DNA of 64,000 nucleotides. It comes from Botryllus schlosseri. Taxonomy: Eukaryota. The position numbers were made by a program, and so were the translations under genes. The DNA lies in NCBI GenBank assembly GCA_051294905.1, contig CM119371.1, positions 30,630,001 to 30,694,000 on the forward strand, written 5' to 3'. Below, in pieces: positions 1-15,100 of the stretch. The first letter of the stretch is position 1, and each line of letters starts with the position of its first letter. The notes beneath the pieces are model-generated. The model was not told where the DNA came from and searched no databases. It saw only the letters and a list, made by a program, of their open reading frames with translations.

Positions 1-187
1 AAAGAATTCGGCGATATTCTTTGTTCGTATCTGTCAAGGTGGTGTTGTCACGTCGCTGTAAAACAGGCATTATGTTACCGATAGTTTCCGTTTAGTTGGC
101 TGTCCCGCATACATATCACGAACCAGAGTTATTTGTACAGATGCCACGCATGTTAGAACAACTGAAACATTACATCATGCGTTTCAG

Positions 188-3100
188 GTTATCGAGCCGT
201 TCGTCAGGCCAGTTCATTCCGGTTACAACAGGCCGGTGGTCCTTTACACGAGTGCCGACGAAGAAGGCGGGGATTCATACAGCGAAATAGTGACCGTTGG
301 TCGCGGATCCAACGGATACCAGATCAGCGAACCTGGGAAATATGGCATCAGGGTCGTGTACAGCGGTGGGCGGTACACTGTCAGCTCAGGTGAGTTTGAG
401 TGATGAACATTGCACATGCATAAACAAATATTCACCTATATCTATCAGCATCGTAACATCTCGAGATTCCTAGAGGTCGATGGAGATTTCGTTGAACCCG
501 CAAACGTCTTTTCAATCCCCATATTTATACTGCGAAAAAAACAACATATAAATTCCAAAGTGGGTTGCCTCAAACTTGATAATTCTGTTTTAACAGCAAC
601 TTACGCCTTCGAGGTCGTTGACAATGACGATGATATGGGAATAGCTGACGAGGTGAGATCCGGCCTTTGTGGAATATACTGTGCATGCCGCACTAAACTC
701 GTCTTCAAATATTGCCGAACCTATCGTTATTCTCATTGTCAAGCATGCATATTTGTGTCGATATCATGGAATGTTCATTCCCTTGATCCAGTGGGTCCTC
801 AACTATCCCCCTAACATGAAATTAGGCTCTCTTGCTCTTCATTAATGGTAACTAATAAATACCGCATACCAATACACTTTATTCATTCGGGAGCCAGGTG
901 GCACTCAATGTAGTAGGCTATAAACAAATTGGTGATACACGATCGGATAAAAATTTGAGATAGGCCTACGCTGCTTTAGATGGTGACTAACGCAGTTCAT
1001 TATTACGCAAGGTCTTAACGGCCGCGACCTTGCACTCTTCGAATTACACCCGATTCGAAAAGCCGCTGGATTACTTCAAGAAGTTGGAGGGAGAATCCAC
1101 GAAGCAAAAGCGCGGAAAAACGGCGACGTTGATTGCGCTGTTGGAAGGTACGTAACTCTGCTTAGCATATTGGCCTCACATTTGGCTTGATATGCAATAT
1201 GCATACTGGAACTACTATTGTAGACTGGGGAGACCCGGACTTGAACCAGCATTATATCGTCAGTGATCGGCGGAGTTTGCACTGGTCAAAGTAGTCAGCG
1301 TTGGTACTAAATTAGAAGTAGACATAACGTAGTAAAATTCTAATCAATTACAAGTAGGAGTTGCGATTTCCGAGACATGTCCAAACTACTTCAAGTATAA
1401 GTCCATAGTGAAAGGTTCGAAGAGTATTCAAGTTAAATTGTAAAGAGCAGAGCAGATTAGATCATGATACAGCATAGCCTACACTTATCAGTGCGGAGCG
1501 GAACGACAAATTCTCTGGTCCTACTCCGATCCTGTTTTTTAAAACTCTGGTCCGACTGCGGACCGACGGCCGGATTCTAGAAATGACCGTGATCCGGCCC
1601 GAAAAAAATAATTATCTACTCACTCGATAGTATTGAATATTGATTGAAACCATGTAAACAGGAAATTAAAAACTCAAAGATCATACACAATCCTTATCTA
1701 AAGTAATTATGCTAACTTGGACTTGGGATGTGGTTTATTTCCATGAACGTTTCACTTTCCCTATTAATGCGATGGTGGAAAAGGGTAAGACTGTCATATT
1801 CTAAATAAAAAGTACTGATTCGGCTGCGAACCGGCTCCGGAACACAATGAGAAAATCCGGCCGGATATCCAGTCTGGCTCCGGTCCATACTACGACCTAA
1901 TACTTAGAAGCAGTTTTCAGAGATTTTCGACAGATGTGATTGTATTACAAATAGGTGGGATGTCCGAATATATATTCAGATAGCGTGAATCGGTGGCTAT
2001 TTTATGCGGTTGATGACAATTTCTCCCGTGAAAGTGATGTAAACTCCTAAAATTCAAAAGTGCCAAAAGTCAGTATAGTTTAGCCTAAGTTACTGTTCGA
2101 GTATAAGTGAAAGTAGTCTGAAAAAAAAAACGCTTGGCCTGAGTGAGTCTTAGGTAACTCGTACATGAGTATTATGGAAAAAGTGAGAGTACTTCTTTAC
2201 TAACCACTGACCTCCTCTGAGTAGAGTCAGAGTCTGAGTATAGAATCATATAGGAATTGGGATTGATGGGTTCTTACTCACAAGTCTTCACTCGAAATCA
2301 AATCATTACGAAATGTCAAAATGTGTCATTCATGAGACTCTGTTCACAAACACTTTAGGTTTATCAAAGGATAGCAGACGTGAGGCCGTCGAATCGACCG
2401 ATACTTCATCAAAGCGCGCTAAAACCTCATTTGTCGAAACCATGGCTGCGATCGATAAACACCAAGTCTTGAAAGACACCAGCGGAATAGTGCAGCACTA
2501 CCACGAAGAGGTAGGCATTTTCATGTTTTATCCACTTTACCCTATCCCTGAGTAACAACAATTGGTCACAACATTCAAGCCATAGTTAATTTTATACTTA
2601 TGGAGTCATGGGCAGGAAATCGAAGGTCACGACATGGGGTGCTTCGTGTGCGCCATATTTTCTGTGTTAAACTGACGTGATGGTATAGTATACACTAATC
2701 CAGCCACGTACGTCGTGGAGTCGCGGTGAGATCAGTACGTACATCGACCTGACCACGACAAATCTACTCGTCGCTAAATACCAATTCGATTTTCGTGCTT
2801 TCGCAACGGTGATCTCGTTTTAAATTCGTGATTTGAATAACGAGCTGAGCTGTGGCGAGATAGAATAGTGGTGTAATCCGCAGCCGCAGCACCAATGGGC
2901 TGCATGTTCAAGTCCGACTCCAGAATTCCTCTCGAAGTGTTGGAGTTTTATCTAGGCTCCTCCTCGCCACGTGATCCGCAAAAGTGGTGTATCATAAAAA
3001 GCCTAGAAGTCGGTAAATACAGAATCAAAAATAACGTTTATCGGCCTGGTGGAAAATAACCAATAGTCGAAACACCATGAATATCAATACAAACAACCAA

Positions 3101-6100
3101 ACGAGATGAGCTGATCACCACTAAATGACTTCGCATTGTGTATGTTTGAGAGACTTTAGTGTCGACTCAATCCAATAAATTTACGAAGTGGAACGTAGAT
3201 CACTATGATGTCTGTCAGCTGAGACCCGACGGTAAGGTCGCCGCGATTGTAGATCTCAGCACTCCCAATGAAATAATATGTATATGCCTGTTTGATTTCG
3301 CGAGATCGCCTCATAATTAAACCCTCCAAAACGTGTCCATTTACAGACTCATATCAGTCGATAGCTATGAGCCTACTTTTCTTTAACGTAGTGCATACTT
3401 TGTGATTAGCTCCAAATATATTGAAAAGCAGACACGTTCCAATAAGGAGGCATTGTTCAGTACTCAGACGCTCGCTAGAGACCACACCACTATACGCGAC
3501 GTGAACCTACCCCGAGCTTACACCGGTCATCCAGATATAGTTTGGAGTATTTGGTTGCATTGAGGTAATAATTATATAAATATTCACCTTGTAAAACGCT
3601 GCAAATCAGAACATCATACCCAAAAATCGTAAATACTACCGAAGAGTCCGGTTTCAACGTATATTTGAAGTTCGATCATGGACAACGGAGCGGCTCTTTA
3701 CGCACTTTATTCCATTAAAAATGTATTGTAATGTTCCTACCGCATATCAACTTTTTGAATACGACCAGGGCGACGTATCCGACAATCCGGAATACGCCAA
3801 TCTCGTGTTGTCGCGAGGTAAAGTCTACGTCAGCGCTGGGAAGGCATCAGACGGGGACGCAGAATTCAACCGCATGTTGAGCGACCTTGTGGCACGCGGA
3901 GCCAAGCAAGACTACGTAGCGAAGCTTTCACGAAGATGGAAGAAAATCAAGAATCCTAGTAAGATACGCTTTGTTTTGCTTTTCGTGAATTAACGACGCC
4001 CCAAACAATAATTAATATACGGCACGGATTGATCATATTGTCCAGTCCTGACTTCGCTGGACTTTATTCTGGAATTTAGAGACTAGTTGACAGCTTATTG
4101 ATATACTGAATTAGTTCCTAATTTGTATTTTAAAAGCATTCCGGGCCCAAGTGCTATACTTTATAATTCTCAGAGTAGAAGGTATATTGTAAAATGTATT
4201 TTCTCGCTCATATATGATGGGACGATTGTAACACTGCGATATTGCGATTCAATGCATTATTTGTATCGCAATTATGCATCCAGGAGATTTAGTTTGTCGA
4301 TTTTGTGTTGGTCCTATAAAGCTGACTCGCGTAAGGATTGGAGACTCATGAAACTGCGCTTTGCATAGGGTTATCATATTTTGAGATCCTGAAACGATGA
4401 CACTTTTCATAAATTCTGAAAGCTCCATTGCTTAGAGTTGACTCCTGATTTCACCGAATTTCTACGAAAGTCTGACGCAAACATGTCGGATTCGCATTTG
4501 TCATGTCATTTTATTCCTTTTAAGAGAAAAAGAGGACAAATTCCTAAAGATAGGACATTTAGGCGTCCCCCGAGGACACTTTCAATTTATTTAAAAAAGT
4601 GGACAAATTCTCTTTAAAGAGGACGTATGGTAACTATACTTCACCTTCACTTTCGAAGAAATCCTTCCTTGACAAACATTATCTCTTATCTCCACATACG
4701 CAGTACAAATTATACTTGCCTCATGTGACTTACTTTAACTGCCTCCACTATACCTTCCATAATTGCTTTAAAGTCAGGTCTATCTCACTCTATGAAAACT
4801 CGTAATAGCACGGTAACGCAACTTTCAATATTCGACAGCATCTAGGGAAAAGAAAGAAACCGCAGACAGTTTGCAGGCCAGGGTAGCGAAAGTCCTTGCT
4901 TGGTTCCCGACTACTTACGGAGACGGCGAGCCGGACCTGAGTGGAGTTGGTCTTGGGATGTGAGTAACATCTTTTGTTAAATGTCATATATTGCGGTTCG
5001 TTACAGCTGGTCGCACGAATAATCAACTTGCCAGTTTCCAAGACTATGACATCGTAACGATAAAGTATGCAGGGTTACTCAACTGCTTTCCGCAAAGGTC
5101 CAGTTACTAGAATTTGTATTATGCTTAGGTCCGTTATACGTCTAATGAAATAATTTACATTCACAGAAATGTAATGCGGTATAACTATATGTAATCCGTT
5201 ATTGTGGTATTAGCAAAAGCAATACGCAATCTACGTATTAATTGTACTGCTAGTCACAAGAGAGAGAATTGGCCGCGTCCCTCCAGTTGTGTAGCCCTAA
5301 TGTGGACCATCATATTAGATGGAAAATGACAGTATGCATTTTGAGTATATTTACAACACGGCATTAAACTCATCAACGCTATCCAGCCAAAACTAGACTT
5401 ATATTTGTTATTCCTGAATTTGGATGGAGAAGAGCATGTTTCCGTAGTAACAGAATTTCGTACGTTGTGTGCAGGCCTTTCAGTAGCTTTGACATGAACC
5501 AAGTCCAGAAAGCATCACGGATCATCGATATGCTATTTACGAAATACGAAGAGACCCAGGACTTGATCGCCACCATCAGCTACGCTAACAAGCTGCAAGA
5601 AGGTCGGGAAGTGAACAATATGGTGTTGAGATGGGCGTTGGAGGTCTTTATTGTGCACTCCAATGACGCGAAAAGAGCTGGGATTCGGTGGGTTGGCGTT
5701 CGTATTGTATCGGAATTTGCAAATAGTGAAGTCACTCAATTGCAGAAATATTCGCACCCTCAAGTTTTGGGTGCTCTGTGGGGTCTTGACAGAGCAATCT
5801 CCTATTTAATGAAAAGTAAATCCATTTAGAAACACTCACTAATACAGGGGTTCTCAGCCATTTTTTGGCTCTGGCCCATTTTCCGGTTTGAAAATGTTCT
5901 GTGGCCCACCTCTTATCCTAGACTAAAGTCATAGTCCCGTTCAATGAGTGGTAATCGTCACTGCTGATATGGCTATTTCTCTAAAATATGCGCATTTTTC
6001 TCTTATACTAATCATATTTAAATGTAGGCCGGTGTGAACATGAAATCGCGTTAAGCGAGACGTAAATTTTCAAGATAAATAAATCTCCAACAAACAACCA

Positions 6101-9100
6101 ACGAAATAATTTTGGTCAACTTCGATCTCCCCCAATTGGGGGTTAGGGGATCGAAAGTCGTGGCCCTGGAAGATCGTATAACTCTTGTGTACATCCGCTG
6201 TTCCACTTATGTCACATGTCATGTCAGCATTAACTTCCAGTTATTATATAATCGGAATTATTTTCGTTGCTGTTGGCTGATCAGTTGTCATAGCCGGGGG
6301 ACAAAAGCTGCCGTTTCCCCTACCATTTGCGACTTCTACATACATTGTGACTCCATACGTGCCAGTAAGTCTCATCAGAGTCGGATGAAAAGCTTCATGT
6401 AGCATACGTACAATTCGATTATATGAATATATTTTCGAATATATGAACATAACAAATATAACTAAACTTTCACCAATTCTACAATTTTCCAAATAGCTCT
6501 GTGGCCCACCTAAATTACTCCTGTGGCCCACCAGTGGGCCATGGCCCACCCTTTGAGAACGCCTGCTCTAGTAGGTTACCGCTGGATATTTGTATTGTTG
6601 AGCATAAGTTTGCTGTAGTCACATATCATTGAGTTATGAAGGACAGGTCAACGGGCTGAGGAAATCGATGTAGCGTAACGCGGCACTGCGCTCTAATTAC
6701 AGCCATGTGAAATAGCCCCTGTATTGCGGCAACTGAATATATTTCTGAATATTGTACCTATTTGTAGTGGCATTAGTCTTACTTGAGTAGGTTTCAAACC
6801 TTTCATTTCATAATTCCGGTTGAAGTAGTTTTGAGAAGTCATTGGAAAGCAAGTCGACTGTTTTCATCACCCGGACGAAATGCGTGGATTATATCCCCGG
6901 AAGAAATGCGTGGATTATATCCCCGAAATAGAACGTATCGGTCAAGTGGTTTCTGTTTCCGCGTATCGCCCCATGAAAGGGCAGGACTGTATATATTATC
7001 ATGTGAATTGGCATAATAAACTAATTCGCACCATTTGGTATTGGTATAAAGGCTGAATTACGTACCAGAAAACGACACGAAGTTGATTTGCTCGAGCTCC
7101 CATAGTGAAAATATAGTGGACGCACTTATCAACGAACAATGTCATTCACAGTGTCCGTTATCAAATAATCACGTATTTCATCGACTTATACCATGGCGCA
7201 GAGTGGAAATAAGATAAACGGCACTTGTCAGTTCGAATTCTGCGTTCATTGTGGGTGTGCACAAGTCAAATACCACAATTCTTATACACAGATATATCCC
7301 AGAAATGTAGTGGGTTCTGCTCTCGCGCATCACCCTAAAAGCTGCAAAAAGTAGCGCACGTGAACAGAACCCACTACACCCGTTGAACACTTTACTATAA
7401 ATACGAATTATTGTATTTACCGTGCTTTAAACTCGTTCTGACCCATAGTAATGGCTGTGAAATCACAATATGTTGGCTGAAAGCACTGGTGATCTTGTGT
7501 GCATACTACACTACGATGTAAATCTGGTAAATATAAATATACACTTATGTTCCGCCCACGCATTTACAGTGTGCTGTATATACTTGGCACAAGTATATTA
7601 CTACCTCACTCCTAAACCTAAACTGGTTTACCTGACACTTTGTAACAGGTACCCTGAACCGGAAGTGATCGACCGCTCCATGGCCAGTGATGCGGCGATG
7701 GTCAGTACAAGACGCCAAGGTCAGCCCGCGGAGGATTGGATGAACTACTGGAGGAATGACGCTGACTTCAATTACCACCACAGGTTTGGGCTCTTCGTTC
7801 GTGTATTATGCCCGTATCGAGGTAGATTGACAGTTCGTGTTGTATTCGTTTATGCCAGGGGTCACCAACTAGTGGCTCGCGAGGTAACTTTCGAAATTAG
7901 TTATAATATCAAAAAACGAATTGCCCAAGTTATTTATTGCAAACTTGCAAGGACAGGCCATAATTTTATTAGGCTGACTGCGAAATCTAGGATGTTGATG
8001 ACTAAAATATCAGTTCCGACATATTTGCGTACCCAGGGACAAGACGCTTTTTCGTAGAACTCCGTATCTTGGAGTATAATATATCACGGCAGATTTATTT
8101 TCCGTAAATTTTTTCTTCGCATGATTTAATATAACTCAGACCTGGTATTATGAATTCTGATGTAGGTCCTCTCTTCGTGTACCACACACGAATAGATACG
8201 CAACTTCCTGTGGTTACGCTTGGGCAAACAGTGTCTCTTATTGCTGAGCAATCCAAAAGTAGAGTAATTGGTAGTGCTATAGCTGCGACCCGACAGTTGA
8301 AATCTAGTGCAATTGGTCTTAATCGAATGCTAGTTTCGCACTGATTCCGAAAATACAAATTAAAATCTTGTCAGGCCAATGGAACCACCTCGAAACAGCC
8401 CTCAAAATCTGTAAAGCGGCATCGTTCCAACTATGGCGGCACCATAACACAATGAACGTAACGATGACCAATTTCGCCTAGCAATTGTTCGGAACGATGC
8501 CGATTTTCAGACTTTGACTGCTATGTTGAGGTGGCTCCATTGCCCTGACAAGATTTTAATTTGTAAATTGGAGATCAGTGCAACACTAGCTTTCGATTAA
8601 AACCAGTTATTTTAAATTTCAGCGCTCGGGTCGACAGCCACAGCACTACCAATTACGCTACTTTTAGCTTGCTCAACAACATGAGACACTGCTTGCCCAA
8701 GCGTAAACACTGGGAGTTGCGTATCTATCTAGTAATATATAGTAAAATTCACTTCACCATATTCATATGGTCTCATATGATGTTTTGTATTTGGCTCATC
8801 TACTGCACCAAATTATATAATTGTTTTTGTTGTGACATCTATGGTCATTTTCCACCAGGCTGATGTATTCCATACCTTTGAAGACGAGTGATCTCACAGC
8901 AAACTTTCGTGTTTGGCTTTCTATAAGACACTTTAAAAGATGGTAGTCAAGGTCGCTATTCCAATCGACGCTTACAAGTAGCCTGATTCCGCAAGTTTGC
9001 AGTCAATTGCAACTAGGGTTGCATTCAAAACAAAAATCAATTTAAAACAAACATGTTTAAAACAAGGCCTTTGTTTAAAACCTGTTTTTTTTTGTTTCAA

Positions 9101-12100
9101 GCCATGACGTCACCAATGTTCAATCGTGGCGTCATAGTGGATTCACATTCACAATTGAAAATATAGGGTAAACATAGCTCAATATCTACGCACTATAGCT
9201 GTTGAACCGACTATTTTGAGGTCTCCCAACCATCCCATACCATCCCATAGGCTCATACAACATGTTTTTGAAAAGCATTTACACAATTATGGCATAATTA
9301 TACAACTTAAATTTTTTTTAAAGGCCTTTATTTAAACACTGTTTAAAACATGTTTTAAACAAAGAGTTTCAAACAGTTACTTGTTTTCAATGCAGCCCTA
9401 TTTGCAACTAGTGACTTCAAAAACATTCCAAAACAAGAGGACGTGTAAAATGAAAAACCGAAACAGAACTTTAGTACGTAGTTTGATAAACTAGATTTGA
9501 TCGGGGGGGGGGGGGGGGGGACGCATACTTTCAGAGGTTAATCTGGGATGGCTATTTCCGAAATTGCAAGATATATCTCCGTGGCTATGTGGCTTACAAC
9601 ATTTATTTCCAAATTAAATTATGCATGCACGTAGGAACGCAAGAAGGTATGCGCGTAGGTGGGATTTATAACCGTGATGCAATCCTGACTTAGGTTCTGT
9701 TTTTGCTAAGAGTGTAACTCTCATACGTTTTTTCAGGCACTGGCATGTCGTGTACAACAGAACCGCGGCATCAGGAAACCCGCATTTGGAGCGACAAGGC
9801 GAATTATTCGGTTACATGCATTCTCAAATGCTCGCAAGATACGATGCCGAAAGAGAGTCGTGGGGATTGCCACCCGTATCGGTAAGTATATTGAGTGGGC
9901 CTGTATTGTCAAATACAGTTCCCTATATAAGTCAACCGTTATTATCGCTGATTGAATCATCGAATCAATCTGGGAATTATATGGATGATAGCGTCCTTTG
10001 GTCTGCTAATTTTCACCCGCCCCTCTCGCATCACGGTTTGAATAAAGTAGTCAGTAGTTTGCTGTATAAAATACCACCCATAGATCCTTTCCAGCCAGTG
10101 TAAATGAGCGAAATTCACTATTTCAAATCGAGATGATATGTCCCGAGTGCGTAGTGGGTTCGGAACTTGTGTACCACTGATGATGTATTCGTACTCTCAT
10201 GATTTACGCAAAGTCATAAATTGCGATGGATATGTGTTATAATCCGTTATCGTTACACAACGACTGGTTTGCCTACCACTGTATAACGGTCATGATTGCA
10301 ATTTCACTGTTCAAAGCAGTGTGATCAACGGAACGTGACAAATATCGGTAAATCAGGCATAATCTTCCAAGCTTTAATCTGTCAACGTCGTTTACCTAGT
10401 TTTCATGATGGCAATTTCACTCATGAAATTGTATGGTGCGAATTCATTTATATACCACATTCCACTTTTAAAAATATGGGTAGAAATAAGTAGTTTGACT
10501 TTAAAAACAGTTGAAATAGAAATGGAAGTTGTTTCCAAAACCATTTCAGTGAGTGAAAGTACACAGAATCCTCTTGATTACTTGGATAAAATAGGAATTT
10601 CGTTACTGATCCCCTGTGGCTGGGAGTGTTATTTATGGTTGGTATTAAGTTAGGGTTACGGGACCAGTAAATCCCCCGTCTAGCTCTCAATGAACATATT
10701 TGTCCATCGGAATTAAAGTTGTGCGTCCAGGGTGTTATACACAACACTTGTGGCGTGTTTATTTAATAGTCACGTCTATATATACTTTTACTTTTTACAT
10801 CATCTTGCATGTTTTTCTTGGTGTTTCGCCTGCAGGCTTTCGAGTACGGCGACGTGGCCCCCAGCTTCAACGCCGGACTGGAATTTCACAGCGACCGCCA
10901 ATGGGCCGGATTCGTTCCAAGGCCTACGCAGAGATGGTCATCGAATACCGTATCAACTTTCACGCGATGGCAACGATCCTACAACTCTGCAGTGGATTCG
11001 GGACAAGTGGCTACGGGGTGAGTGGTAAGCAGTGACTCACCCTGGCAACTATAAACATGATAGGTACATTTTCGAAAGCGTATAGGAATTCGAATTGGAG
11101 ACATCCATCGTGCAAAATAGATATCCACCATAACGTAGACTTGTAGCGTAAAGCACCCGCGTACAACTCGTGCTATACGGATGTGAATATACAGTACACC
11201 CGTGGCATACCAAACCAGACCCTGCCTCGGATTTACACCATGGTGTAAATCAAACACAACATTGTGATCCTAATGATGCTTGCACGTAAGGAACTTAGCA
11301 AGGTATGCGCGCGCGCATGCGCGTAGCGTTTATAACGATGATCAAATTTTGACTTAGGTTCTTTACCAAATGGTGCTTTCAAAGCCTTCTAACGGGTGAA
11401 AATAAATCATATACACCAATTCGTATGGAGATATATTCTAAAGGTGTATTGAGTCGGCTAAATTTATAGTATTTTCATGTTCAGTGTAGGGTTGTGCTAA
11501 GAAAGGATATTCGTGGAGAATCTCAAGGAAAATCGTTGTGCGGGAAGTTGAGAACTTATCCGTTTAGGCCTGTGGTTCTTAAACCTTTAGACCGGGACTC
11601 AAATCTGAGCTTTATTGGCATTTCACGACCCAGGCCTCACACATCGAAATAAATGTTTCCCAAGTTTTACGGGTATGTCTGACACGGCGAAGGAGCAGTT
11701 GTATGATCCCATTGCACACACCTAGAAAAAAAGCATTACAGCGGTCTTCGGCTATGTTAGATATAATACTAGAACTATACCGTCCTTTGATAATTGTGCA
11801 TAAAGTCACGTTCACTTCAGTAGACTGGTCGTACTAAAAATATGGGGCTCTGCTCTTTCACTGTCTATAATCTACCCGGATATTAAGACCGCGAGGTATA
11901 GCTTTCCAGACAAACCAATGACAGACGAATCCCGTCATGATATCGAACCAATTACGTAAATATAAAGGCCGCCATATTGTCAAGACCAAGCCATATTGTC
12001 GTAACCACTTTTCTGCTTGTCATAGCTAACCTGGAAAGGTTTGTTACCACAGGTCGCGCGAAGCGCGAAGAAACTCAGTAGTTGCTAGCACGAAATTCAT

Positions 12101-15100
12101 CTAATATTACATACGTATTAACAGATCGATCTGGTTCGTTGCAGACCCAAATTTATACGCTTCGCGACCCATACTTTAGGAACACCTGGTTTTAGACGAT
12201 CTGATAATCGTGAATAGTCGACAGAACCGTATCACGATCAAAACAAACTCAGTGATATATGTGGGAAGAGATGAAATATATGTGATATTTCGGGCAGACA
12301 CGTCGGCTGATAATACTGTCATTCAATCAGACCCACTCACCGTCGTTGAGCTTACGTCGAAATGCAGTAATGACGTTCGTAATATGGAAAAATTGTGTCT
12401 CAGTGTCGAAATGACGCCGAACTGGTCGGGCCATATCTTGGAGGCATCGTCTGGACGTTACACTCGAACCTACGGCGATTACCACAACTCGGGACACGGC
12501 ATTTTTGGCTCTAGCGGGATACCTCGAAATGTAAGCAGATTACGAGTACAGAGTTTATTTGACGCCAGGTCGATAATCCCTTTTAATATTATCGAGCTGC
12601 CCACGTATAGCCGACTATATAGCCAAGCTATAGCTGATTTATAGCAAAACGAATGTGCACCAAGAGTGCTCGAGCAAATAAGTTTTACAAAGTAGATTGG
12701 GTCGAGGGGCCCATCTACATTTGGCAGTTATTCGGAGTTTTCTACATCGCATGATGATACTACAAATAAACGCTATCTTTCAAAATATATTCAGTTCCCA
12801 CGATGCAGGGGATATTTCACACGCACAATACTACCAATTAGCAAGTAGAGGTGACGCAAAGCTAGGGTTGCCATATGTCCTCTTTTAAGATGATTTCCCC
12901 TCATTTTCAGTAAATTGAAAGCGTCCTCTTTTTTGAGGAATTTGACCCCTTTTTCAAGAAAAAGTATTAAAATCCGGTCAAAAACTCCACTCTGAAGCAC
13001 CGAACGTCGCAGTTGGCAACACAATAAACGTAAAATAAGGCGCGACGGGTATTTCGGGAGTAGAAATGGGAAAGATGACCTTTTTTTAGTCAGTTCAGTA
13101 CTATTTGCCGAAAATTTTCAAAAGATACCAGTTTTACCGGTAAATGTCTTCTCGGATCTCTCAAAATATGGTAACCGTACGCAAAGCATCTTAAAACTCT
13201 TTAATATTCTCCAAAATCCGAAGTACTAATTGTTAGGAGTATTGCTCGAAATAGTGATATGCAGAAATGGAAGTGGTGTTCAGATATAGCCACTTGAGTA
13301 TTAGGCGTAAGTAGGCAAAGCTGTCTTGAAATTAACGAAAAACTAGAAGCACTTCGTAACCGACCATCTCTGAAATCACCAATATAGTAGAACGCCATGA
13401 CTACTAAAGCAACATCCATTAAGAAGTAGAACGTTAAGTGCCGGAATACATCCGACGGACCTTTTCCTAATCAAATATTCTGTACTTTGTAAAGGTTGGA
13501 AGTTACATGAACAGCCCCTTAACCGCAGTGCGGGACCCGATATTCTTTCGGTGGCACAAGAGGATCGACGATATGTGGCAAGCGAACAATGACTATTACC
13601 GATCCGACCTTGCCGATGGCCCGCCGCCAGTTGTCATCACACCCGATGATATCATGCTGAGCACGGATCGGCATCCGCCTGTTGGTTTTACGGAGTAAGT
13701 AGATTCATGCGGATTGCTACACAATGAGAAACAACAGTTGCTCATGCGACACTTCAGAACTTTATAACCGAAAGTCGGATTTATAACCAAGTCAAAAGGT
13801 TCCGAGTAACAAGCCAATCATATTTGATGGTTTTGCCTTGAGTCAAGTCGAATGATTTTCAATGGACCACAGAGTGAAGTCCGAGTCCAATTAGGCGAGC
13901 AGAGGGACGAGTCCGAGCCATAGTGGTTAAACTAGAGTCCGAGTTCAAGTCATTGGGTTTACTGTTCAGTTTCGAGTTCAATCCATCTTCACTGAACATT
14001 GTTGAGCCCTCTTTTCTACAATTCAGCTTGGATGACATGGAATGTATTGCATACGTAATATAGCAATTTTCCACACTCCTCAACATTTTCTAGCTCTACT
14101 TTTCAAGTAACAGTACTGATAGACGAAATACCAATAATGTGGTAACCTTACTATTATTCGATAATGCAATGAAATGCCTGTATTGTCCTAGCCACGAGTC
14201 ATGCGCTATGAATCGACAGCACGTCAGGCCACCCAAAAATCACCACTCGACTGAGACTCGAGTCATTACAAACCTTCAAATAGCTAACCCTGACCACAGC
14301 CCTAACTTCGAAATTAACCCTCACCCCAAACCTGATCTCAGTTATTGAGGTAGCAAAATATTAACTCTAACCATGACTTAAACTCACATGCTCAATTGAC
14401 GCATGCGCTAGTGTCGCATGCTCGCGGAGATAGCGTAATGGTGAAGTGTCCGGCGTCTCGATCTGTAGGTCGTGGATTCAATCCCGGCCGGCTCAGACAA
14501 AAGACATAACTACTAACACTGGTATAAATGACCTCCCCGCTTGGCTCTCAGCATTGCCGGGATGGCGTGGAGGGATGTGCAAGACTTAGAAAGCCTTGCG
14601 AGGCTATATTTGCACATTCTTTGTTCAGCGGCATATGCATATCATCCAATCATGGTATGCATGTGCAGTGCGTGCACTGATCGTGTGTATGTATATCATG
14701 AGTCGGTGTATATGCCGCGAAAAATTCGGTCATGAGTCTCTTACTTCCGAAAGTTATCACCTCCGGTTGACTACAAACAGTCTGCGATGCCTCAACCTAA
14801 TATTCATTTTGAAGCAACTTGGTTGAGTACCATGCTTAGATCGCTCATTTTTCCACCTGGACTTCAAATCATATTGAGATATCTGGAGAATCACTACTTC
14901 TACTTCTAGCTGAATCGAAAGTTACGGTATCAACTTCCACTTGAGCAGCCGAGCTGACTGCTTGGGCCGCTTGTCCCTTCATGTTACTCAACAACGTTAA
15001 ATGCTAGTTACGAACGTTTCTAATCATAAGTGTATACATGAAAATAGGCAGGTCCCAGTTGTGATGTAATGAAACAGTCAATTATAAAATCAGATCGCGT

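Noticed and set aside
7470..8057. 195-aa ORF (and the 206-aa ORF at 19832-20452) as standalone genes
   Set aside because: Each is a single exon read through into flanking intron; only 7649-7783 and 19987-20170 fit the protein family.
9503..9519. Poly-G tract as a functional G-quadruplex
   Set aside because: Isolated intronic homopolymer with no supporting context, and its length is unreliable in assemblies.
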